Part shown: positions 1-10,048 of the stretch, in pieces
Layout of the letters: each line of letters starts with the position of its first letter
How positions within the stretch are numbered: the first letter of the stretch is position 1
From: Octopus vulgaris
Lineage: Eukaryota
Direction: 5' to 3'
Assembly (NCBI GenBank): GCA_951406725.2
Contig: OX597833.1
Coordinates: 3,658,001 to 3,722,000, forward strand
DNA: 64,000 nucleotides
Notes under the pieces: model-generated
The model's database searches: none
What the model was told of the DNA's origin: nothing
Seen by the model: only the letters and a program-made list of their open reading frames with translations
Translations under genes and position numbers: made by a program

Positions 1-1533
1 GAAAAACTTGTGAAGGATTCTTACCATTAGACTCAACGTGTGTTCATTGTGGAAGTCAGGCAAGGTAGCAGTGTAGTGTAGAATATTAGAACTGGCAAAC
101 AACTCTTCTAGACGTTTCTCAAGGTTCTGGCATGTTATCTGGTTATGGATGTCGTTACCACTCCATCCAGGTTCCACCCATTCATAGTTCATGTGGTGTT
201 TGTCCATGCGCCACAGAATGGCCAGCTTCAGTGTCGAAGGGTTTGAATGCGTCTGGTTCCCATCCATGAGGGCGCTGACGAAACGGCGCTGTGTTTCTTC
301 GTAGAGGTACATAAATTTCACCTTGTTTTCGAAAGTCGGGGCCCGCTCGACGTAGTTTCGAAACTGTGAACGGTACCTGTTATGTTCGTCGGTCTTCTTG
401 CTGACTAGAATCACACACAGTTTTCGACGTTTGGGTCTGATCTCAATGGGACACAATTCATCAAAGAATATTTGCGACGAGAGGCGAGGTAAAGTGAGGT
501 ATTGGTTAGCATCCATCACTTCGTTGATGCTGTCCGAAGACAAAGTATTCATCGTGACAATTGCAACACTCGTGTTACTGTCTTCACCAACCATCAAAAG
601 ACTTTCTTTAGCCTTGTTTACATTAAAACGATCCAGTATTCCTAAAACATTAGAGCTTCGGGTGTTGACATAACCGGATGCGATTTTCTCACGGTGGGCG
701 AAAGCCGACATTAAGAACCTCAACGGCGGTTTCTCTTTCGGGGCGAAAAATAAGGCTCTCATTCGGTTATCAGACCACCCGAGTAGGAAATCTTTGAAGT
801 TATTATCGCTCAGTGTTTTCAAGGTTTTCGGAGGTTCAAACAGATTTCGAACAAAATCGCGAAGTGCTTGTTTGGTAACGTGGCCCTTAAAGTAAGTTAC
901 CCGACCATTGACAATAGCCATGATCTGAGGAATTTCATGGATACGCAAATTACTGCCCAGCACACGGTTCGATGTCACATGGATGGTTCCTACTCCAATT
1001 CCAAGTTGTTCCTGGTCTTTGATGAATTTTTCGATCAAAGGCTCGATATGTCGACAGATGTGGCAAGTGTCACCATATGCATAAAGAAAATAAGGTCTTC
1101 GATAGCTTTCTGGAAGAATTCGGACATCGTAGAACTCGTGGGTTATCATGTGTTTATCGATAATCGATTCAGCTCCAAAATTGAACACCCGAGATCCAGG
1201 TGGCCCCGGTTTCTGATACCTGGCATAGTTCCTTTGTATATGATTGTCATGAGATGCTACGTAACCGTGTTGGTCGTAGATCGACCGCCGTTCCGGATGG
1301 CCTAACGTTTGGTACGCCTCGTTGATTTTGGTAAATCTAAACACAGCAGCAGGATCTTTGTTCTTGTCAGGGTGCCACATCTTCACCAAGTACTTATAAG
1401 CCTTCCTGATGTCTTGGTTGCTCGCGTGTCTGTTTACTCCGAGCACATCGTACGGATTATCAGCAGAACCAAAACTCGAAATAATTACGATCATCAGAGG
1501 TAAAAACATGAGGGAAACCAATATTTTCTTCAT
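1..1533 (-). CDS. DNAJC16: DnaJ homolog subfamily C member 16 (ERdj8)-like; 5' 511 codons, continues beyond window start, no intron in this span
   Basis: Manual translation from ATG at 1533 is stop-free to base 1. It gives a signal peptide MKKILVSLMFLPLMIVIISSFGSA, a J domain (NPYDVLGV...IRKAYKYLVKMWHPDKNKDP, HPD at 1366-1374) and a thioredoxin-like CxxC (YGDTCHICRH, 1054-1065). Downstream segments LTLPRLSSQIFFDELCP...RKLCVIL are typical of DNAJC16. Confidence 0.9.
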   Translation of the reverse strand, partial: MKKILVSLMFLPLMIVIISSFGSADNPYDVLGVNRHASNQDIRKAYKYLVKMWHPDKNKDPAAVFRFTKINEAYQTLGHPERRSIYDQHGYVASHDNHIQRNYARYQKPGPPGSRVFNFGAESIIDKHMITHEFYDVRILPESYRRPYFLYAYGDTCHICRHIEPLIEKFIKDQEQLGIGVGTIHVTSNRVLGSNLRIHEIPQIMAIVNGRVTYFKGHVTKQALRDFVRNLFEPPKTLKTLSDNNFKDFLLGWSDNRMRALFFAPKEKPPLRFLMSAFAHREKIASGYVNTRSSNVLGILDRFNVNKAKESLLMVGEDSNTSVAIVTMNTLSSDSINEVMDANQYLTLPRLSSQIFFDELCPIEIRPKRRKLCVILVSKKTDEHNRYRSQFRNYVERAPTFENKVKFMYLYEETQRRFVSALMDGNQTHSNPSTLKLAILWRMDKHHMNYEWVEPGWSGNDIHNQITCQNLEKRLEELFASSNILHYTATLPDFHNEHTLSLMVRILHKFF

Positions 1534-2436
1534 CGTGTTTGAGTTTTTCTTATAAAATATACTCGTATAGTACAGTACCTCTGTGTTTCGAAGGTGTCAA
1601 ACTGGCGAATACCCCGTCCAAAGTACCCGAGGTGGCTGATGACATTTAAATTCCAGCGGAGGAGGGGAAATATCAACAATCGATTCAAAGTAAAAGTCAG
1701 TTATCTGCCCTTAGTTACCAGTTCTTCTCACCAGGTCACTTCCGGTTTATTTCGAATTGTCTTTTTTGGAATTTTGGAATAAAAAATTGGTTTTTAGAAA
1801 GAAAAAAAAAGAAAAAAAAGAACTTTCTTTCTTCATATAACAGAACTTAAAATTCTTCTTACATAATATGCATCTATCCTTTTTTTATCAATAATTTTTG
1901 TATGAAAAAAATGTAATCGAAAATGAAACTAACATTTCCAAAAAAACATAACATAATTTTCTTTAATTATCGAAACGTGCAAATAAATAAATAAATAAAT
2001 AAATAGACACTTAGGAATATTTTTTATGTGTTTTACACAGCATTTTTTAATTAACAAAAGCCATTGTTGGTCATTCTAGAGGAAAGACTGGAATCTAAAT
2101 GTTGATCTTGTATGAGTTATCTCCCATCCCTACCAGCTAAACTCCTTTACTTTATAAGGAATGTCTTGGAGGGAAAGCGAAAGTAGTCGGAGAGGAAGGC
2201 TTCTTTAAAATTTTGTTTTCGGCTTACTCTTTTACTCTTTTACATGTTTCAGTCATTTGACTGCGGCCATGCTGGAGCACCGCCTTTTAGTCGAGCAAAT
2301 CGACCCCGGGACTTATTCTTTGTAAGCCCAGTACTTATTCTATCGGTCTCTTTTGCCGAACCGCTAAGTAACGGGGACGTAAACACACCAGCATCGGTTC
2401 TTAAGCAATGCTAGGGGTACAAACACAGACACACAA

Positions 2437-2504
<68 letters not shown>

Positions 2505-2508
<4 letters not shown>

Positions 2509-3223
2509 AAACAAGTCAAAAATAGAAAATGCTAAAATAATTTTATAGTGAACGTTTCAGTACCGGTTTCGGTCATTTTGAGACCTTTTCAACTGTAACG
2601 ATTAAATAATTAAATTTAGAAAATTTAGAAGAAAAGTTTTTTTAAAGGAATATTTCTATAGTAGTGTTCAGATATAAGTGGCATTCTGCCTTTCTCTGAC
2701 TCCCTTGTTTGCACTTGTGTGTTCGAGGTCGTTGTGAGTTCTTGGTAGGGTAGTAGAGGAAGAGGGCTGGTGAAAAGCAACTTCACATGTGCTTCGGAGA
2801 ACCTAATATACTCACTAACCTGCTCCGGGTGTCAAGAGCAGTACATAGGCCAAACAAAAAATGGTTTGCGTAAACGAATGGCCCTGCACAGATCCCAGAT
2901 AAAAATTCCCCAAAACAGAAAAATAGCTTTTAGCCAACACATAGATACTTGCGCCAACAAAAAAACACCAAACTTCAGAATTTTCCCCCTCTACCAATTT
3001 AGGGACGATACAACCTCGAGACAACGAATAAGTAAAGAAAATCTCTTTATTACAAAATACAAGCCACTTCTTAACGGGTCTACGACAAACAATTAATATA
3101 CCTCAACTTTAGAATAAAAGAAAAATATATATACACACACAAATATTACACTCCATAGAATCCATTACTAATCAGCCCCTTCATAGCTATATTTACACCC
3201 ATTCATATTCTCCTTCTCTGTTT

Positions 3224-3256
<33 letters not shown>

Positions 3257-3807
3257 ATCATCATCATTATCATCATCATCGTCGTCATCATCATCACCAC
3301 CATCATCACCACCATCTTCTCCTTCTCCTCCTCCTTCTTCTTCTTCTTCTTCTTCTTCTTCTTCATCATCATTATCATCATCATCGTCGTCATAATCATC
3401 ACCACCATCACCATCATCGTCATCTTCTCCTTCTCCTTCTCCTTCTCCTTCTTCTTCTTCTTCTTCTTCTTCTACTTCTCCACCCCCTACCCCTTAACTT
3501 TGTCACTAATGTTTTTTAGTATAACACCTACGCTAATTCTATAAACAAGCCTGTCAATATACATATTCTCCTGAATTGAACTGAGACTGCCAGCCGCCAC
3601 TGACCATTCAAAATACGACCATCAGGGCACTCTCCTTTAAAAAAACTTTTCTTCTAATTTTTCTAAATTTAATTATTTAATCGTTACAGTTGAAAAGGTC
3701 TCAAAATGACCGAAACCGGTACTGAAATGTTCACTATAAAATTATTTTAGCATTTTCTATTTTTGACTTGTTTTTTCATATATATCAACTCGTGTGTTCC
3801 TTTTCAC

Positions 3808-3811
<4 letters not shown>
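2505..3811 (+). mobile_element. 5'-truncated Penelope-like retroelement with GIY-YIG endonuclease C-terminus and inverted terminal repeat
   Basis: ORF 2770-3096 has NLIYSLTCSGCQEQYIGQTKNGLRKRMALHRSQI...KENLFITKYKPLLN (GIY-YIG). The ~145 bp at 2505-2650 is the reverse complement of 3633-3778. The element is inserted in (TA)n. Confidence 0.85.
3682..3729 (+). ncRNA. Minimal type I hammerhead ribozyme motif with U3-A8 core (second copy 2553-2600 on minus strand)
   Basis: Reads cgttacag-TTGAAAA-ggtc tcaaaat gacc-GAAAC-CG-GTA-ctgaaatg. Stem I, stem II and a palindromic ACCGGT stem III sit in hammerhead order, with a GUA cleavage triplet. Confidence 0.7.
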
Positions 3812-3856
<45 letters not shown>

Positions 3857-4264
3857 TATACATATATACGACAGGCTTCTTTCAGTTTCCGTCTACCAAA
3901 TCCAGTCACAAGGCATTGGTCGGCCCGTGGCTATAGCAGAAGACACTTGCCCAAGATGCCACGCAGTGAGACTGAACCCGGAACCATGTGGTTGGTTAGC
4001 AAGCTACTTACCACACAGCCACTCCTGCGCCATTTACATTTTGATTTCAAATCCAATCTCTGTAGACTTTACCTTTCACTGTTTCTGAGTCGATAAAATG
4101 AAATAGCTATCAAGTACTGAGTATGGCAGAGTTGGTACTATTTAAGAAGAGTGATCCCGGTGTGCGCACTCGCGCAAGCTAGTCGTCACTAGTCGATCCT
4201 TACTGTGTTTTTGTGCTTTATTTACTTTGTTTAAAAAAATTATTTACTTTGTGTAAAAAAATTA

Positions 4265-4663
4265 GGATCTTTTCGGTTTGAACGGCAGTTTTTTCTAGCG
4301 GTGTCATATGAAATTGTCACCCATAATTATGACCCTAGTATCGATCTATTGCATTTCAATGTTTTAGGGTTAGGGGTGGGGAGAAGGGTATCTTTTTTTC
4401 TTCACTATTGTAATCTGTTTCCTAAACGTGGGACATATTTATACGACACAGAATGTTTTCACCTCAATAGACGTCAGTGATTGGTTGAAATTGCAGAAAT
4501 TGAAGAAAAGAAACAACAAATACCTTACAAACTATAGAATTTTCTCAATAAAGCCAAGAGAAAAAGATGTTTTATAAACACATTCTACCAGTATACGAAG
4601 TTTAAAAGTGTTTAGTTACGTGGAAATTATTTTAAAAAACTGCCGTTCAAACCGAAAAGATAC
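4265..4663 (+). mobile_element. MITE (~400 bp, TIR GGATCTTTTCGGTTTGAACGGCAGTTTTT)
   Basis: Terminal inverted repeats; near-identical to copies at 5240-5637 and 6179-6588; internal TTAGGGTTAGGG. Confidence 0.85.
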
Positions 4664-5239
4664 CTAAAAAGTAAAATACGGAAAACAAGCATGTCTGACG
4701 ATAACTTACTTTTAATAGTTAGATATTATTAATGATACAAGGGGTCCGACAATATCGTCTGCGAATTGTAAGAAGACCGTTTCACAATCTTTTTCTTAAA
4801 AGTCAGTTCATAACTAATATATACTATTATGTCAAATTATGTTCCTGAACGGGAAATATCACATCATAAAATGGGCGAAGGTAAAGCACACCACCTAACC
4901 CTAACTGACCCTAACACTAACCCTAACCCTACAACTAACCCTAATCTGTGTGCGTAGTAAAAAATCTGATTATTGTATAAGCATATCTATACAAGTATAC
5001 CCCCATATCGACTTTGTTTCCTCATAATTCTCTGAAAAATCAGTATTTTTCAGTTAAATTGTCTATAAATACCTTTCAGATGGTGTAAATTACGATTATA
5101 ATTTAATGCTAAAAAGACAAAAATGATGGATGCACACATAAATATACTGAAGCACATAAGAATTTTATTTCAAAATTTTAAGGTTCATTTTGAATATATT
5201 TGTGATGTGTCAGTATGTATGTTTTCGCCAACTAATTTT

Positions 5240-5637
5240 GGATCTTTTCGGTTTGAACGGCAGTTTTTTCTAGCAGTGTCATATGAAATTGTCACCCATA
5301 ATTATGACCCTAGTATCGATCTATTGCATTTCAATCTGTTTTAGGGTTAGGGGTGGGGGAAGGATATCTTTTTTCTTCAGAAATGTAAATAAACCCAATC
5401 TGTTTCTTAAACGAGGGACATATTCATACGGCACAGAATGTTTTTCACCTCAATAGACGTCATTGATTGGTTGAAATTGCAGGAAAAACAACAAATATCT
5501 TACAAACTATAGAATTTTCTCAATAAAGCAAAGAGAAAAAGATGTTTTATAAACACATTCTACCAGTATACGAAGTTTAAAAGTGTTTAGTTAACTAGAA
5601 ATTATGCTAAAAACTGCCGTTCAAACCGAAAAGATCC
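5240..5637 (+). mobile_element. MITE, same family
   Basis: Same TIRs; flanks ctaatttt / ccaatttt are an 8-bp target duplication with one mismatch. Confidence 0.85.
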
Positions 5638-5893
5638 CCAATTTTCCTTTCGCATTAAATTCTGATATAATCGGAATCTACATCATCCGAAAGGTATTTA
5701 TCCTTAAATCCTTAAAAATGTTTTAGCCCGAAGGCCGCGGCCATGCTGGGGCACCACCGCTGAAGATTTGTAGAAGATTTCACTAAAAAATATCCATTTT
5801 TCTGAGAGTTATGAGGAAACAAAGTCGAGGTGGAGGCACAGTTGCGTAGGTATGTATAGATATTACATTCACACCTTTCTCAAAAGCATTAGA

Positions 5894-6588
5894 GGATCTT
5901 TTCGGTTTGAACGGCAGTTTTTTAAAATAATTATTATTTAGAATAATAACTTTTAAACTTCGTATACTGGTAGAATCTGTTTATAAAACATCTTTTTCTC
6001 TTGGCTTTATTGAGAAAATTCTATAGTTTGTAAGATATTTTTTGTTGTTTTTTTCTTCAATTTCTGCAATTTCAACCAATCAATGACATCTATTCAGGTC
6101 AGAAACATTCTGTGCCGTATGAATATGTCCCTCGTTTAAGAAACAGATTGGGTTTATTTACATTTCTGAAGAAAAAAGGGATCTTTTCGGTTTGACCGGC
6201 AGTTTTTTAAAAATAATTTCCACGTAACTAAACACTTTTAAACTTCGTATACTGGTAGAATGTGTTTATAAAACATCTTTTTCTCTTGGCTTTATTGAGA
6301 AAATTCTATAGTTTGTAAGATATTTGTTGGTTTTTTTTCTTCCTTTCCGCAATTTCAACCAATCAATGACGTCCATTGAGGTAAAAAACATTCTGTGCGT
6401 ATGAATATGCCCCTCGTTTAAGAAACAGATTGGGTTTATTTACATTTCTGAAGAAAAAAGATACCCTTCCCCCACCCCTAACCCTAAAAGAGATTGAAAT
6501 GCAATAGATCGACACTAGGGTCATAATTATGGATGACAATTTCATATGACACCGCTAGAAAAAACTGCCGTTCAAACCGAAAAGATCC
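5894..6588 (-). mobile_element. MITE, same family: partial copy (5894-6178) fused to full copy (6179-6588)
   Basis: Two TIR starts at 5894 and 6179, one end at 6588. The whole unit is flanked by a perfect 8-bp duplication gcattaga (5886-5893, 6589-6596). Confidence 0.85.
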
Positions 6589-7129
6589 GCATTAGAAATA
6601 TTAGGTGACCAGAAAAAGGTTTCCTTATGGTATTGGAAACACATCGCGGTCTCAGAATTTTTTCAGAAGAATCAAAAGACTTTCTCAATATGGCTAACCA
6701 CTAAGACTTTAATGAAGAATAAAAACAGCAAAAATTTGACGGAAGTTGTATGAGAGTAAACTCCCCTACTTGGGAACTCTTTTGTTTCAGTCACTGGGAA
6801 CCCGATGCCGCTGGCTTTTAGGTAGGATTCCTTTTAAAAAATATATATTTATTTATATTTCTGTATAAATAAATATATTTTCTTATATATTTATTTATAT
6901 ATCAGTGATGACTTGACATTTTATGCATGCAACCGACTCAGTCGTTCGATAGATGTTGTGTTTGAAGGGTCCACGGCTTTACCGTCATTGACATTGTGTT
7001 GTGTCAAAGACAAAAGGCTCCCTGGATGCCCTTTCGGAACATCTCTCCTTTCATGCTTATATTTAATTGTTCCACGTCCTTTAACCCTTGTGTCACTCTG
7101 TTTCTGTTGAACTACATACACTATTTCTT

Positions 7130-7584
7130 GGTACTACTAGCGAACAGTGGTCCCGGTGAGCGCAGTCGCGCATCCGCGCCAGCTAGTCGTGACTAGTCGA
7201 TCCTTACTTTGTGTTTTTGTGTTTTATTTACTTTGTTTAACAGAAATTATTTATTTTGTGTTTTATTTACTTTTCTAGGTAGTCGTTGTAGGATTGACTA
7301 CTTACGACTAGCTAGTGCGGATGCGCGTGTGCGCGCACCGGGACCACTGTTCGCTAGTAGTATCGTAAATAAAACACAAAATAAATAATTTTTGTTAAAC
7401 AAAGTAAATAAAACACAAAGTAACGATCGACTAGTCATGACTAGCTAGCGCGAGAAGGACCGCCGGGACCACTGTTCGCTAGTAGTACCTTTATTTACTT
7501 TGCTAGGTAGTCGTTATAGGATCGACTACTTACGACTAGCTAGCGCGAGTGCGCGCACAGGGACCACTGTTCGCTAGTAGTACC
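7130..7584. mobile_element. Rearranged MITE cluster with TIR GGTACTACTAGCGAACAGTGGTCCC (relic also at about 4133-4260)
   Basis: One forward TIR at 7130 and three reverse TIRs ending near 7362, 7488 and 7584, with inverted internal segments. Confidence 0.75.
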
Positions 7585-7701
7585 ATTCCTTCTTCGGTTA
7601 CTTTTGGAAATAATGAAGAATTTAGTAAAATTCATTAAGGCAACGTTTACCATTATTAATCCGGTGTTGGGAACATAAATTAGCATGAGATTATAGCTGG
7701 A

Positions 7702-8119
7702 TTGGGCGATCTTTCGTCTCTAGTAGACCTTTCCGTAAAAAAATATTTTTTTTTTACATATGGGCTTGCGGGAACTTTTGAAGTAATATACATACATATA
7801 CACATACACCGAGTAAAAAATTTCAGTTATCTCTTTCTTTCACACATTACTCTGTCTCTTCACACACACTAACAGAAGCACTTCACTTACACAACATACT
7901 GCCTGTCTCCCACACCCCATCAAACACACACACATGTACATCAATGCTTGCCATGCACGGTAACTTCAAAAGAACTTCCCTCGTCATACAATCGCTTCCT
8001 CTTAGTCTCTTTCGCTCTCATTACTTCAAAAGTTCCCGCAAGCCCATATGTAAAAAAAAAAAAAAATTTTTTTTACGGAAATCGACGGAAAGGTCTACTA
8101 GAGACGAAAGATCGCCCAA
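7702..8119. mobile_element. MITE with ~85-bp TIRs
   Basis: ttgggcgatctttcgtctctagtagacctttccg...gggaacttttgaagtaat (7702-7787) is the reverse complement of about 8020-8119. Confidence 0.8.
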
Positions 8120-9574
8120 AATGGTTAAACGATTCCTTTCTTCGGAAGAATAAAACCCGACGCATAACTTTTAAGAAAAATGGTTTCAGGAATGGTGAAT
8201 TTTATTATTTGGCAACGGAACCGAACTGCATCGTCAGCTTTTCGAGTGTTGGTTCCTAATTTCAAAATACTTCTATCGTTTATTTGTTCCAGTCGGTGGT
8301 CTCTGGCCATGTTGGAGCACTGCCTTGAAGGGTTTAGCCTAACGATTCGACCCCAGTATTTAATTATTTATTATTATCGTTTTTTTTTATATAACGCCTG
8401 GTACTTATTCTGTCGATCCCATATGCGGAACCGCTACGTGACAGGGACGTAAACAAACCGACACTGGTTGTCAAGCGGTTTAAGGGGACGAACATAAAGA
8501 CACACACACACACATACATATACACGACGATCTTTGCGTTTCCGTTCACCAAATTCATTCCCAGGGATTTGGTCTCCGCGGCTTTTGTAAAAACTCGATA
8601 CAACTTAAATACAGCGGTCCCGACGTATCTGCGTAACCCTAACGCTAAAACTAACCCTAAATCTTAACCCTAAACCTGAACCCTAACGAGTGTGCACTGT
8701 AAAAACATATCATTGCATAGATGCATCAGGATCCCTGTATTTAAGTTGTGCCGAAAACACTTGCTCATGGTACCACACAGTGGGACTGAACCTGGAACGA
8801 TATGGTTGGGAAGCAAACTTCTTTCCACACTGTTATGTCTGCGCCTCATTTGAAAAGCTTGTCAATGACCTGGCATTAATAAAAGAAAAACAAAATCTTC
8901 AAAAAGTGACACTGAAAAATTTTAGACACAAAAAAAAACTATTTTGTTATTACTACAGCTTATGCCTCCCTTCGAATTTGTATCGGCATACCTATAGTTT
9001 AGGGCCCCCTTCAAATTTGTTTCCTGATAGCTTATTTTTTAAATCTTTTTAATGTATATTTTTAAATGAAATTTTACCGAAATTTGTTTACGAAAATATA
9101 GATTACAATTATGTTGATGCAATGAAAAAACAAAAAACAAGTCCCTACTTTGTATTAACTTCTCAGTTACTGGTATAACTATAGATTGGTGCAATCCTTC
9201 CATGCCTTTGTTTACCCGGGAGTTGGAGAGAATGTTTTGAAAATCATGATAATAAGTATTCAAATTAGGTGAAGGGCCAAGTCAATTACATCGATCCCAG
9301 TTCACAACTGGTATTTAGTTTAAAAGGCAGAGTCAACCTTGATGGAATTTTAACTCAGAATGTGAAGATCGACGAAGTGCTGCAAAGCATTTTATGTAGC
9401 TTAATTTGAATCTGCACATTCGAGAACACATCTCTGTAGCATTTCTTCAAAAATTATATCTTTTTCAGAAAATTATGAGGCAGTAACATTGTGGGGCATT
9501 AAACTGCAGTTATGCCCAATAACTTGTTCATGATTGTTACAAAAAGTGGAATGGTTACGTTACAAGCTACACGT

Positions 9575-9996
9575 TTACTCTTTTTACTCTTTTACTTGTT
9601 TCAGTCATTTGATTGTGGCCATGCTGGAGCACCGCCTTTAGTCGAGCAACTCGACCCTGGGACTTATTCTTTGTAAGCCCAGTACTTATTCTATCGGTCT
9701 CTTTTGCCGAACCGCTAAGTGACGGGGACGTAAACACACCAGCATCGGTTGTCAAGCAATGCTAGGGTGACAAACACAGACACACAAACACACACACACA
9801 CACATACATACATACACATATATACATATATACGACGGGCTTCTTTTAGTTTCCGTCTACCAAATCCACTCACAAGGCATTAGTCGGCCCGGGGCTATAG
9901 CAGAAGACACTTGCCCAAGATGCCACGCAGTGGGACTGAACCTGGAACCATGTGGTTGGTTAGCAAGCTACTTACCACACAGCCACTCCTGTGCCT
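9575..9996 (-). mobile_element. Full-length tRNA-derived SINE family A (other copies about 20700-21045 +, 21680-22165 +, 30680-31110 +, 31660-32055 -, 52510-52905 -)
   Basis: Head has A-box-like TGGCTGTGTGG and B-box-like GGTTCAGTCCC, then a central CA/TA microsatellite and tail ggcggtgctccagcatggcc...ctgaaacaa(gtaaaaga)n. Many dispersed copies in the window. Confidence 0.85.
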
Positions 9997-10048
9997 ATAA
10001 TACTAAGAATATACATTGTATAGTAAAGCTTGTTTGTTGATGTTTTCA

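Larger units (their letters stand above)
2225..4031 (-). mobile_element. tRNA-derived SINE family A, split by a Penelope-like insertion in its internal (TA)n
   Basis: The tail half (2225-2445) and head half (about 3866-4031) match the uninterrupted copy at 9575-9996. The extra sequence 2505-3811 lies between two (TA)n runs. Confidence 0.85.

Noticed and set aside
398-1503. Plus-strand ORFs at 398-673, 868-1305 and 1309-1503
   Set aside because: Antisense shadows of the DNAJC16 reading frame with no recognisable motifs.
1-1533. Viral or bacterial origin of the long intron-free CpG-rich ORF
   Set aside because: Signal peptide plus J domain plus thioredoxin-like architecture is that of animal DNAJC16, and the flanks are host-like.
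4895-4945. Telomere or telomere-fusion site (CCCTAA runs, also 8635-8687 and within MITEs)
   Set aside because: Short, degenerate, and in several cases embedded in a dispersed MITE family.
6921-7121. 66-aa minus-strand ORF with downstream AATAAA
   Set aside because: No recognisable motif or convincing acceptor; it cannot be distinguished from a repeat remnant.
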